64,000 nt of DNA from Akkermansiaceae bacterium (GTDB lineage: Bacteria; Verrucomicrobiota; Verrucomicrobiia; Verrucomicrobiales; Akkermansiaceae). Below the pieces are notes generated by a model. The model made no database searches. It saw only the letters and a list, made by a program, of their open reading frames with translations, and was not told the origin of the DNA. The first letter of the stretch is position 1, and the number at the start of each line of letters is the position of its first letter. Below, piece by piece: positions 44,901 to 54,054 of the stretch. Made by a program: the position numbers and the translations under genes. Location: positions 171-64,170 of the forward strand of contig JBDMZE010000012.1 of the NCBI GenBank assembly GCA_039769075.1, read 5' to 3'.

Positions 44901-46800
44901 CGGCATCGACTCCGGTGTTCACGGTGAGGGTGAAGTCTCCGCCATTTCCACGCATGGAAGTGCCGACGCGGTGGAGGGTGCGACGGGGCTTGGTGACGAG
45001 GGAGCAATTGACGCGGTTGTTTTTCACCTCCCAATCTTGAAGGCGGTTTCCCCAGTATCCGGGGCCGGGCCAGACGCGGTCGGGTGCGGAGTTCCAGTCA
45101 GAGGAAAAGGAGCCGTCAGGAAGAGTCGCGGGGTAGTGGTCGAGGCGGACGTTGTCGACGTAGCGCTTAAGAGAGTCTCCTGAATTTGGGCCTCGGAAGC
45201 GGACGCCGATTTCTTTTCCCGCGTGGGTGTCAGCTGAGCCTGCGGGGAGGATGAGGTGGTAGTGTTTCCACTCGGTGACGCTCTTGGAGGTTCCTTCAAA
45301 GCTTCGGGTAGCGATGACTTCGGGGCTGCCATTGTTGTCGACGTATGCTTCGACGGTGAGGCTTCCGATTGGAGAGGCCGGAGGAGCAGGCGGAAGCGGG
45401 GGATTGCTGTCGTTTACGGAAAGAGTGAAATCTTCCACGCGGCCGTAGCCTGCATTGTCGCCATTGTCCTGCGAGGTGAAGGCTACGAAGAGTCGCTTGC
45501 CGTTGGTTGATGCGGGGATTTGATTGAAGTTTGCGGTGAAGAGCTGGAAGGCATTGTTATTGGTCGATCCCGGAGTGGTCAGGGTCTGGAGGACGGTGCG
45601 ATTGCCATCGATGCTGTTATCTGCGGTGGTGAAGATGAAGGTCTCGACCCGGTCGTTTGCATCGTCCCACATGAAGGCATCGCGCCAGCGGAAGGAAACG
45701 GTGAGGACATCGCCAGTGGAGAGGTCATAACCGGTGTCATTTGCGAAGACAGGCGTGTTTGTGCCGTTGTTCCGAAGGACGGCACAGCGGGTTCCATCGA
45801 AGAGGATATTAGTGCGGGTGCACTCGTAGCTTTGATTGCCGGTGAGGTTGAACCACGAGGGGGTCTCAAGAAAGGAGCGGGTGTCTCCGATGAAGTCATC
45901 TTCATTGAAATCACCATTCCGGACGTTGGGTCCTACGAGGACAGGGTTGAAGAGAGAGAGGAGGAAGTTGTCGAGATTGGCGGTGCCATTTCCACTGGAG
46001 TTTCCATCGACACCTTCGATCAAGGCGAAGAGTTTTTTGCCATCGGCGGCAGCAGGAATGGGGGCGAAGCTTGCGGAAAATTCTTGGTAGGTGGAATCGG
46101 TGAGGGAAGTTCCGGAGAGGAAGGATTCTAAGTCGTTTCGGATTCCGGTGGGGCTGTCATCCGAGGTGGTAAAAATGGTGACTCGGATTTGGTCCTCGGT
46201 GTCATCCCAGCCGGGGCCATCGCGCCATGAATAATCAAGCTCAAGAATTTGTCCCTCGGTGAGGGTGTAGCCTGTTTCGACTGCAAAGAGGCGATCTCCG
46301 GAGTCAGTGATGGCTGCGTTTCGCGAGTTGTCGGGGCCGGGGAGGCCTCCGGTGAGGGTGGTGGCTTGCAGAGATTGGTCGCTCGCGAGATTGAACCAAT
46401 TTGGAGTTTCGGCAAAGCTGCGGGAGTCGCTTAAAGATGTATCACCATTGAAGTCGCCATTGAGAAGGGCGCCTCCTGCAATGGCATTGGCCGGGATGAA
46501 GGAGTCGTCGGGACTCAATGCTGCATCGAATCTGATCGAATAGGCTGAGCCTATTTCGATTTGGTGGCTGCTGAGTTGTTGCGCTGATTCGCTGTCACTG
46601 AAGAGAATTTTCCAGCGACCGTTTCCGTAGTCGGCGTCTCCATCGGAGAGAAGTCCGGTGCCCTCCCATCCGAGGAGTGATGTATCAGAAATGGGGGTGC
46701 CGTCGGTCCCATCGTTGATTTCAAGAGAGGGGTTCGAGAGCGGGATTGGATCAGCCACTACCCAAGTGGCAGTGAGCAGCAGAAGGGCAGGGCTTTTCAT
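41971..46800 (-). CDS. Giant secreted multidomain protein with PhoD-like metallophosphatase core
   Basis: 1609 aa. The order is a signal peptide, two copies of an RNGDFN...WRD..W.D module and a LamG-like region. The PhoD-like motifs LLALGDQIYEG and IPDDHDVFQGNLWGEGG follow, then a DPDGDGFTNEQEF Ca-binding-type repeat and a terminal beta-module ending QFYRATWDLE. Confidence 0.7.
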   Translation of the reverse strand: MKSPALLLLTATWVVADPIPLSNPSLEINDGTDGTPISDTSLLGWEGTGLLSDGDADYGNGRWKILFSDSESAQQLSSHQIEIGSAYSIRFDAALSPDDSFIPANAIAGGALLNGDFNGDTSLSDSRSFAETPNWFNLASDQSLQATTLTGGLPGPDNSRNAAITDSGDRLFAVETGYTLTEGQILELDYSWRDGPGWDDTEDQIRVTIFTTSDDSPTGIRNDLESFLSGTSLTDSTYQEFSASFAPIPAAADGKKLFALIEGVDGNSSGNGTANLDNFLLSLFNPVLVGPNVRNGDFNEDDFIGDTRSFLETPSWFNLTGNQSYECTRTNILFDGTRCAVLRNNGTNTPVFANDTGYDLSTGDVLTVSFRWRDAFMWDDANDRVETFIFTTADNSIDGNRTVLQTLTTPGSTNNNAFQLFTANFNQIPASTNGKRLFVAFTSQDNGDNAGYGRVEDFTLSVNDSNPPLPPAPPASPIGSLTVEAYVDNNGSPEVIATRSFEGTSKSVTEWKHYHLILPAGSADTHAGKEIGVRFRGPNSGDSLKRYVDNVRLDHYPATLPDGSFSSDWNSAPDRVWPGPGYWGNRLQDWEVKNNRVNCSLVTKPRRTLHRVGTSMRGNGGDFTLTVNTGVDAGSISSNARTGFLIGAGPNLDWRGSMLVHDGLGRDFGTFLGLSNTGTAIIEDLSQGGILPVAAGANPGSFPSTARLTLTGIYNDSTGKYALAIQSRGASGNLISQATTTVPSDRILGSFGLLSNRGTSGTAFWFDDFTGTGTALQPEPDRSLAIIGTLYSLNWGELKLSAHLPPVDLATTPPVTLEIENNGTWSQIATTQIDNTDDVSSYTATFTIPFWDDNRDTPYRVGVQVDGATYHWHGTVRHNPVEENEIIIANTSCQRIADISIESDSMDWSPVKMWHPHVQSYEHITKHQPHVLLALGDQIYEGQPTSKDAFSGAFNLHHDYLYKWYLWVLQARDLAKDIPTISIPDDHDVFQGNLWGEGGIATDDQRTGGYEQAASWVRLVDRTHSSHLPNPDPYHPTQPAPPVAQGINVYFTGMSYGEVGFAVLEDRKFKTGSQEFPTDPDEQVLLGQRQKDFLRAWATDWKGQRVKCAVSQSPFGMIHTHASTGYGFSLNDRDSHGWPSHRREEAWDLLRLSRSFQLAGDQHLSSLVHHGIDGPADAGYSFASPAMSNFFPRVWDPVHNSPGRTTTESPYTGDFYLDGNGTLPTGQPNLTSDFPGHLRVVAAANPLEYYDQTRGIDPANLHDRGAGYGIIRVDKTTREITFESWPIHADPEFPQTGTQFLGWPVTINQTDNDGREPTGFLPLIDTLSEDTPVVSVYDESTGDLVYSMRFPGSLVRLPVYDNSRTYKVDISYGDNPVSETRTGQTASPEGSASIHSFGALHPSIIAGDATTLQWNVEGASTVIMNQGEGDVTSHTINGIGHLLVSPLEDTTYTLILNGSIIAQATVLVFPTQNVWLSTHFSPAELSDTAISGNSADPDGDGFTNEQEFNFQTDPRSAASRPVLTSNIITASGQITVDFSSSFPLQTDQSTLRVEVSDDLQTWSTLASNTYQETARNNNPSEGTTQISIRLIEPKADQAKQFYRATWDLE

Positions 46801-46817
46801 GGAGGGGGAACGTCGTC

Positions 46818-48680
46818 TTAGTTTGAAATGACGCGATAGAAACTGCTGCTTTCCGCGGCATTTCCATCGACGAAAGTGAATTGGATTTGGCCAGGGAAAG
46901 AATCACGATCACCTCCGCCGTTGAGCTGGGTGATGCTACTTCCTTCTGAGAAATCGAGATCCGTGTCGCTTTCGATGGCGTAGGAGCTGGCTCCACTGTC
47001 CGTGAAGCGGATGGTGACGAGGGAGTTTTCGGAATCGACACTGAGGTCAGTGATTTCGACGTCGCCGGAGGGGCCGGTCTGGAGTCGGTTGAATTGGCCA
47101 GTGATGGAGACGTCATCGATCTCTGCGAAAGAGGTCCGAGATCCTTGGGTGAGGATGCGAATCTGGACTCCATTTCCAATCCAAGGGCTATTTCGGGGGA
47201 CCGCGATGGTGGTGACCGCCAAGGCCTCGTAGGTGCTTCCATCTCCCGTGATGACTCCTGGCAGCGAGGCAAGACGTGAAGCAACACCTCCCTGTCCATT
47301 GACGGGATCACTAATGAGAAAGCCGTCGGCATCGATGACTTCGACAATGATTTGAAGAGGTTGACCTGCAAAATCAGTCCCTGCTTTGGCTGAAAATCCG
47401 ATTTCAAAATAATCACCCGCTTCGAGAGTCCAGTCCGACATGGGGATGACTTGCATCACTTGAGCGCGTTCATCTTCTGGAAGATCCGCGAGAAAGCCAC
47501 CAGTCTGACTGTGAAAGAGGCCGGTGGCCGGAGAGGTGCTGAGAGTTGCGATGACGGAATCACCTTCTGGAGAAAAGGCGCTGACCCATGACGGAGTATC
47601 GACGAAATTTTGGCCGTCCGTGCCTTCTTCAAAGCCACCGTTTCGAAGCGATGCTTCGTGGATGCCGTTAGCGATACCATCATCGAAGTCGACGAGAAGA
47701 ACCGAACCAGTTTCGTAGACTTCATTACCGGTAGAGATCGTCGCTGAGAGAGGAAGGGTGAGGCTCTGATCAGCAGGAGTCGTCTGGATGGAAATCTCTC
47801 CGGTGTAAGTGTCGAAGTTTGCTCCTCCGATGGCAGCGACTTCGATCTCGAAGATTTCGCCAGAAGCGATGACGGTGCCATCCGCCGGAGTGTCCTCGAT
47901 GACAAAGATTCCACCTCCATCATCTGTGAGTGAGATGGAGTCGAGGGTGAGTGACATTGTAGCTCCGAGGTTTTTGAAAAGGACCGATTTCGATGTTCCT
48001 GCGGCAGCGGTGGGGTGAACGAGATCACCGAAAAGGTAGTCTCCCTCAGTTACGCGAAGAAGTGGATCGGTGTCGAGGGTGCCGACGGTGAGCTCGAAGT
48101 CATCAAGGCGAGCGAAGCCATTGTTATCGTCATTAAAGCTATTGATTCCTACAAAAACGGTTTTTCCAACGTGCGTTTCATCAGCAATGTAGAAGTCATT
48201 CGCTTCGACAAGTTCGTAGGTGCCATTTAAGGAGGAAATGGGAGAGTCGGTGCTGCCGATGACTGTTTGGAAACCACCGATCTCATCGGTGTCCGTGACG
48301 AAGAGTTCGATGCGGATCTTATCGACGGCATCATTCCAGTTGAAGGCATCGCGCCATTCGTAAGAGACGCTGAAGCTGTCATTGAGCGCGATGACGTGCT
48401 CGGTGCTTTGGCCTAGGATCACGTTCGCTTGGTGGCTCACTTGGGTGTTTCGGGTGCCAGAGGCATTGGGGAGATTTGTCCGTGTTGCTTGCTGGATATT
48501 AATAAGACCACCGACGCCTTCCCAAAAAGGGGTGTCGTCACTAGTCCGGACATCGGTGGGGTCCGTGTCGTCATTAAAGTCACCATTTCGGACACTTGGT
48601 CCGATGAGGATTGTCTGTGCGCTTGCTAGTCCTGAAGACGCTAGCAAGAGGGCTGCGAGAGTAAGATGCTTCTTATTCAT
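46818..48680 (-). CDS. Secreted protein sharing the N-terminal module of the giant neighbour
   Basis: 620 aa. Signal peptide, GPSVRNGDFNDD...YEWRDAFNWNDAVDKIRIELFVT module and a second degenerate copy (LRNGGFEEG...). It ends SSFYRVISN. It lies 17 nt upstream of the giant gene. Confidence 0.55.
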   Translation of the reverse strand: MNKKHLTLAALLLASSGLASAQTILIGPSVRNGDFNDDTDPTDVRTSDDTPFWEGVGGLINIQQATRTNLPNASGTRNTQVSHQANVILGQSTEHVIALNDSFSVSYEWRDAFNWNDAVDKIRIELFVTDTDEIGGFQTVIGSTDSPISSLNGTYELVEANDFYIADETHVGKTVFVGINSFNDDNNGFARLDDFELTVGTLDTDPLLRVTEGDYLFGDLVHPTAAAGTSKSVLFKNLGATMSLTLDSISLTDDGGGIFVIEDTPADGTVIASGEIFEIEVAAIGGANFDTYTGEISIQTTPADQSLTLPLSATISTGNEVYETGSVLLVDFDDGIANGIHEASLRNGGFEEGTDGQNFVDTPSWVSAFSPEGDSVIATLSTSPATGLFHSQTGGFLADLPEDERAQVMQVIPMSDWTLEAGDYFEIGFSAKAGTDFAGQPLQIIVEVIDADGFLISDPVNGQGGVASRLASLPGVITGDGSTYEALAVTTIAVPRNSPWIGNGVQIRILTQGSRTSFAEIDDVSITGQFNRLQTGPSGDVEITDLSVDSENSLVTIRFTDSGASSYAIESDTDLDFSEGSSITQLNGGGDRDSFPGQIQFTFVDGNAAESSSFYRVISN

Positions 48681-48737
48681 AGGAAGTGGGTTGGTTAAGG
48701 TAATGTGTGATTGAGTGAACTCTGTGGAGTGAACTTG

Positions 48738-50312
48738 TTACTTGATGTTGGTGAGTTGGATCGCCTGCTCGACAGATTGCTTGCCGAGATTCTTACGCTG
48801 AGCGGGGCGGTCTGAGGAGCCTTGAGGCCAGTCGGCGGGGTGGGCATATTGGCCGTCGTCTTTGAACTCTTTTTGAAGGCGGTTTATTTCCGCTTTGAGT
48901 TCATTAAAAAGTTTGCGGTTCTCGGGTTTCGTGGCGTCTTTTTGGTCGTAGAGAAGATTGTGCTGCTCGGTGGGATCGGCTTGGAGGTCGTAGAGTTCGT
49001 AGGCGCTGCGATCCCAGTAGTGGATGAGCTTGTGGGTCTTGGTGCGGACGCCGTAGTGGGCCACGGTGTTGTGGTGGCCGGGGCTGTGGTAGTAGCGGTA
49101 GTAGAAGGTCTGGCGCCAGTCTTCCGGCGACTCGCCACGAAGCAGGGGAGCGAGGCTGCGGCCCTGCATGAACTCGGGCACGGGGAGTCCGGCGAGGTCA
49201 AGGAAGGTGGGGGCGAGATCGTAGTTACCCACGAATTGATCGGGGGTGATTCCTTTTTTGATCCCTGGTCCACGGGCAAGAAGAGGGACGCGGAGTCCGG
49301 GCTCATACATGAAGCGCTTGTCGTAGAGGCCGAGGTCGCCGAGATACCAACCGTTGTCCGATGAGTAGATGACGATGGTGTTTTTATCGAGGCCGGTTTT
49401 GTCGAGATAGCTGAGGACTTTGCCGACGTTGTCATCGACTCCCTGCACACAGGCGAGGTAGTCGCGCATGTATTTTTGATACTTCCACTTGATCAGTTCC
49501 TTGCCAGTGAGGGCCTTTCCATCGATCTCTAAGCTCATGGGTTTCTTAGAGAGCCACTGGCGCAGTTCCTTTCCCTTGAGGTCGGCGGGAGGATTGAGCT
49601 TGAGATCGCGGCGGGTGAGATCTTTTGAGACGGTCTGTTGATTCTCAGGAAGAGCAGTTGGGCGGGTGTCGTAGCTGTCGAAGAGGGTGTCGGGCTCGGG
49701 GATGACGCGATCTTTAAAGAGAGCCTTATTTCGCTCATCAGGTTCCCATGCTCGGTGCGGCGCCTTTTGGTGAAGCATGAGGAAGAAGGGTTTATCCTTC
49801 GGGCGAGCCTCTAGGAATTCGACTCCGAGATCGCCGGTGATGTCCGTGCAGTGCCCCTCGATGCTAATTTTTTCGCCAGAGGTGAGAAAGGTGGGGTTCC
49901 AATAAGCGCCTTGCCCGGGAAGGACGACCCAGCGATCGAAGCCCACAGGATCACTTCCAAGGTGCCATTTCCCGATCATTCCCGTGTGGTAGCCGCCCTT
50001 TTGGAGGTGCTTGGCGACAGTGTCTCGGGAAGGGTCGAAGCGGTTGAAGACCGGAACGCCATTGAGATGGGAATATTGACCAGTGAGGAGAGTGGCGCGG
50101 CTGGGGGTGCAGATTGAGTTGGTGACGAAGGAGTTGGTAAAGCGGGCACCTTCTTTGGCAATGCGGTCTAGGTGGGGCGTCTGATTCACCTTTGATCCAT
50201 AGGAGGAGATGGCGTGCTCAGCGTGGTCATCCGAGAAGATGAAGATGATGTTCGGCTTTTCTGCAGAGAAGGCGGTGGCGGTGAGGAGGAGAAATTTAAG
50301 AATTTGTCGCAT
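48738..50312 (-). CDS. Cys-type sulfatase
   Basis: NIIFIFSDDH and CTPSRATLLTGQ (CxPxR). I take the start at ATG 50312 (MRQILKFLLL signal peptide) rather than the track start at 50363. Confidence 0.88.
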   Translation of the reverse strand: MRQILKFLLLTATAFSAEKPNIIFIFSDDHAEHAISSYGSKVNQTPHLDRIAKEGARFTNSFVTNSICTPSRATLLTGQYSHLNGVPVFNRFDPSRDTVAKHLQKGGYHTGMIGKWHLGSDPVGFDRWVVLPGQGAYWNPTFLTSGEKISIEGHCTDITGDLGVEFLEARPKDKPFFLMLHQKAPHRAWEPDERNKALFKDRVIPEPDTLFDSYDTRPTALPENQQTVSKDLTRRDLKLNPPADLKGKELRQWLSKKPMSLEIDGKALTGKELIKWKYQKYMRDYLACVQGVDDNVGKVLSYLDKTGLDKNTIVIYSSDNGWYLGDLGLYDKRFMYEPGLRVPLLARGPGIKKGITPDQFVGNYDLAPTFLDLAGLPVPEFMQGRSLAPLLRGESPEDWRQTFYYRYYHSPGHHNTVAHYGVRTKTHKLIHYWDRSAYELYDLQADPTEQHNLLYDQKDATKPENRKLFNELKAEINRLQKEFKDDGQYAHPADWPQGSSDRPAQRKNLGKQSVEQAIQLTNIK

Positions 50313-50426
50313 TTGAACTATGGCAACATTCCTGTCGGCCGAGGTCAAGAAGGCGAAATTCACGAAGTCTGACTAATATGAGTGAGAATTCTCGTAGATT
50401 ACCCATACTTCGGAAACGTCGATTCT

Positions 50427-52709
50427 ATGCGTCTTGGTTCTCTTTTTTGTTACTCGCTAATAGCAATGCTCTTAGGGGAATTACGTGCGCAGAAAGAGGT
50501 CCTAGATCTGCTCGATGAGCACTGCATCCGCTGCCACAATCCTGAGAAGATCAAAGGGGAGCTCGATCTGGAAAGCATCTACGAGGAGAAGATGTCGGAT
50601 CACCCGGAGATCTGGGAAAAGGTGATCAAGCGGCTCGAAGCTCGGGATATGCCGCCGCATAAGTCCCGCAAGCGGCCGGAGGAGGCGCAGTATCAGGAGA
50701 CGGCTCAGAGTCTCATCGAGATTCTCGATGCTTCTGCAAAAGTCGACCCTCAGCCGGGGCGGGAGGCGACTTTTCGGAGACTGACGCGACGCGAATACCA
50801 GAATGCGGTGCGCGACCTGCTCGGAGTCCAGATAGATGCTGCGGCCTTTTTACCGAAGGATGAGGAAAGCCACGGCTTTGACAATATCACCACTGGAGGC
50901 CTCTCGCCGACATTGGTAGATCGCTACATTTCTGCTGCGCAAAAGGTGAGCCGAGTGGCAGTCGGGAGCCGCTCGGAGAAGGTCGACGGCTACACGTATC
51001 GCGTCCCCGCAGACGTGACGCAGGAGAAGCATATCGAAGGTCTCCCGCTGGGGACTCGTGGTGGAGCGCTTCTGCCTTACACTTTCCCTCAGGATGGCGA
51101 ATACGAGATCGAGGTGCTTCTCGCGCGCGATCGGAATGAAAAAGTCGAGGGCCTGCGCGGCTCGCATGAGATGGAAATGCTTCTGGATGGCGAGCTGTTG
51201 GAGACCTTCACCGTGAAATCAGCGAGGGACCACAGCACGATCGACAAGCACCTTAAAAAGCGCGTCATTGTCAAAGCGGGCTTACGCAATCTCGGGGTCA
51301 CCTTTTTACCGAAGGGGGCGTCACTCCTCGAAAACAAGCGGCAGCCCTACGAGGCACACTACAATCTCTTCCGCCATCCTCGTCTTTCGCCCGCGATCTA
51401 TCAGGTCTCGATTACGGGGCCTTATGGCGGAAAAGGCGCGAGCGAGACTGCGAGTCGGGAGCAGATTTTTGGCAAGGCGGGAGACGATCCGCGCGCCATT
51501 TTGAAGCGGCTCATGAAGCTCGCTTATCGTCGGGCGATCACGGAGGAGGATCTTACGAAGCCGATGGCATTCTATGAGAGGGCCGGTGACTTCGAGGCCG
51601 GAATTCAAGCCGCGCTGGAGTCGATTCTCGTGAGCCCAGAGTTTCTCTTCAGAGTCGAAAGGGATCCCGCCGAGGGAGGAGAAGTCTATCGGATTACCGA
51701 TCTCGAGCTCGCGAGCAGACTCTCCTTTTTCCTCTGGAGCAGCCTGCCGGATGAAGAGTTGCTGAATCTCGCGATCGCGAATCAGCTCAGCGACTCCGTA
51801 ATTTTAGAAGAGCAAGTCAGGCGCATGCTGGCCGACGAGCGGGCGGAGAGTCTCGTGACGAATTTTGCCAGCCAGTGGCTTCATCTCCGGAACTTGGGCG
51901 GCATCGTTCCCGATCTGCGACTTTTTCCGGACTTCGATGACAACCTCCGGCAGGCTTTCTTGCGCGAGAGTGAGCTTTTTGTAGAGAGCGTCTTCCGTGA
52001 GGACCGCAGCGTGCTGGATCTCCTCAAGGCGGATTACACTTTTTTAAACGAGCGCCTCGCCAAGCATTACGGAATTCCAGGCGTTTTCGGGAGTCGCTTT
52101 CGTCGGGTGGAACTCCGACCGGGAGATCAGCGCGGCGGACTCCTCAGGCAGGGGAGCATTCTCACCGTCACTTCCTATGCCACCCGCACCTCGCCAGTGC
52201 TGCGGGGGAATTGGGTGCTCGAAAACATCCTCGGAACTCCTGCGCCGCCACCGCCGCCCGATATTCCGTCGCTCGATGACGTTTCGGTCGACGCTTCGCT
52301 CTCGATGAGAGAAAAGCTCGCGAAGCACCGCGAGGACGCCGCCTGTGCCAGCTGTCACGATCGCATGGATCCCGTCGGCTTTGCTCTAGAGAATTTCGAT
52401 GCTGTGGGCCGCTGGCGTGAGTTTGAAAATGGCGCTGCTATTGACGTCTCGGGCGGGCTTCCCGATGGCCGCACCGCTGCCGGTCTCGCCGAGCTGGAAG
52501 AAGGCTTGCTTGAAAAGCCGCATCTTTTTGCTAAAACCATCAGTGAAAAACTTCTCACCTTCGCCCTCGGGCGGGGTCTTGAGGCCCACGATGCTCCCGC
52601 GATCCGCGAGATTGTCCGTCGAGCTGAAAAAGATGAGTATCGTTTCTCCGCCATTATCCTCGGCATCACCGAGAGTGTCCCATTCCAACAGCGATCTAAA
52701 TCACCATGA
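50427..52709 (+). CDS. DUF1592-family protein (PSD/PSCyt multi-domain protein with a heme-binding CxxCH)
   Basis: Signal peptide, CIRCHN, and blocks typical of DUF1587/1592/1595/1588/1585 proteins as I recall them (e.g. ...RDMPP..., SFFLWSS.PD.EL, ASCHDRMDPVGFALENFD). I set the start at ATG 50427. Confidence 0.85.
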   Translation: MRLGSLFCYSLIAMLLGELRAQKEVLDLLDEHCIRCHNPEKIKGELDLESIYEEKMSDHPEIWEKVIKRLEARDMPPHKSRKRPEEAQYQETAQSLIEILDASAKVDPQPGREATFRRLTRREYQNAVRDLLGVQIDAAAFLPKDEESHGFDNITTGGLSPTLVDRYISAAQKVSRVAVGSRSEKVDGYTYRVPADVTQEKHIEGLPLGTRGGALLPYTFPQDGEYEIEVLLARDRNEKVEGLRGSHEMEMLLDGELLETFTVKSARDHSTIDKHLKKRVIVKAGLRNLGVTFLPKGASLLENKRQPYEAHYNLFRHPRLSPAIYQVSITGPYGGKGASETASREQIFGKAGDDPRAILKRLMKLAYRRAITEEDLTKPMAFYERAGDFEAGIQAALESILVSPEFLFRVERDPAEGGEVYRITDLELASRLSFFLWSSLPDEELLNLAIANQLSDSVILEEQVRRMLADERAESLVTNFASQWLHLRNLGGIVPDLRLFPDFDDNLRQAFLRESELFVESVFREDRSVLDLLKADYTFLNERLAKHYGIPGVFGSRFRRVELRPGDQRGGLLRQGSILTVTSYATRTSPVLRGNWVLENILGTPAPPPPPDIPSLDDVSVDASLSMREKLAKHREDAACASCHDRMDPVGFALENFDAVGRWREFENGAAIDVSGGLPDGRTAAGLAELEEGLLEKPHLFAKTISEKLLTFALGRGLEAHDAPAIREIVRRAEKDEYRFSAIILGITESVPFQQRSKSP

Positions 52710-54052
52710 GCTTCATCACTAAAAAAGCGCTGCCACGCCGCACATTCTTAAAAGGCATCGGGGCATCGTTCTCGTTACCTCTCCTCGATGCGATGGTTCC
52801 CGCTGCCACGGCCTCGGAAAAGATCGCTGCGATTAACACGAAGCGCCTCGGTTATATCTTCATGCCCATGGGCTGCGATCAATCCCGCTGGACACCGCAG
52901 AGTGAAACAACCCTCGATAAGCTTTCGCCGATTCTTCAGTCACTCAAGGACGTCCGCGATGAGACCACGGTGCTCACCAATATGGAGCTGCGTCCCGCCT
53001 ACCCGGGATCGCACGCCACCTCGAACTCCTCCTTTTTAAGTGCCGCGCAGGCGAAGGTCACCGAGAGCTCGGACTACTACCTCGGCACCACCGCCGATCA
53101 GGTCGCTGCGAAGCAAATCGGCCAGCAGACTCAGCTTCCATCGCTCGAGCTTGCGATGGATCTTCTGCAGACCGTCGGGCAGTGCGATAATGGCTACGCC
53201 TGCGTCTATCAAAACAACCTTTCTTGGTCCTCGCCCACCACGCCGCTTCCCGCCGAGGCTCATCCGCGTCTTGTTTTCGAGAGTCTCTTCGGAGAAGGCG
53301 GAACGCCGGAGCAACGTCGGGCAGCCTTGCAAAAGCGAGCCAGCCTTCTTGATTCCGTCTCAGAGGATATGAAGCGCCTCCAGCGAGGCTTGGGCGCAAA
53401 TGATCGCGCCCGCGTCACTGACTTCCTTGATTCCATCCGCGAGGTCGAGCGCCGCATCCAGCAGGCCGAGCTTGATACTACCGAAAAGCTCCTGCCCGAC
53501 CTCGATCGTCCCATGGGCGTCCCTGCGGCCTACGCCGATCACGCACGGCTCATGTTTGATCTCCAGCTCCTCGCTTTTCAGGGCGACATCACCCGTGTCA
53601 CTACCTTCCAGATCGCGCGTGAGACCAGTAACCGGAGCTACCCCGAAATCGGCATTCCTGATCCGCACCATCCGCTTTCCCACCACGGGAATGACCCCAA
53701 GAAGATCGAGAAGCTCTCCAAGATCAATGCCTTCCACGTCTCGCTTTTTGCCGAGTATCTCGAAAAACTCAAAGCGACCCCGGAGGGAAATGGCTCCCTC
53801 CTCGACAACTCGCTCCTCCTCTTCGGCAGCGGCATCGGAAACCCGAACGTCCACGATCACACCAACCTTCCCATCATCGTGGCCGGTGGGGGATCGAGCG
53901 GCATGAAAGGCAACCGCCACATCCGCTACGAGAAGCCTGAGCCCCTCGCGAACCTCCACCTCAGTCTGCTCGATAAGGCCGGCGTGAAACTCGACAGCTT
54001 CGGCGATAGCACCAGAAAAATCAAAGGCCTCTTTGAGCCACTCGGGATTTAG
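52706..54052 (+). CDS. DUF1552 (HXXSHH) family protein with Tat signal
   Basis: RRTFLKGIGAS twin-arginine signal and an HHPLSHHGND motif. The start overlaps the upstream stop (ATGA). Confidence 0.85.
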   Translation: MSFITKKALPRRTFLKGIGASFSLPLLDAMVPAATASEKIAAINTKRLGYIFMPMGCDQSRWTPQSETTLDKLSPILQSLKDVRDETTVLTNMELRPAYPGSHATSNSSFLSAAQAKVTESSDYYLGTTADQVAAKQIGQQTQLPSLELAMDLLQTVGQCDNGYACVYQNNLSWSSPTTPLPAEAHPRLVFESLFGEGGTPEQRRAALQKRASLLDSVSEDMKRLQRGLGANDRARVTDFLDSIREVERRIQQAELDTTEKLLPDLDRPMGVPAAYADHARLMFDLQLLAFQGDITRVTTFQIARETSNRSYPEIGIPDPHHPLSHHGNDPKKIEKLSKINAFHVSLFAEYLEKLKATPEGNGSLLDNSLLLFGSGIGNPNVHDHTNLPIIVAGGGSSGMKGNRHIRYEKPEPLANLHLSLLDKAGVKLDSFGDSTRKIKGLFEPLGI

Positions 54053-54054
54053 CC

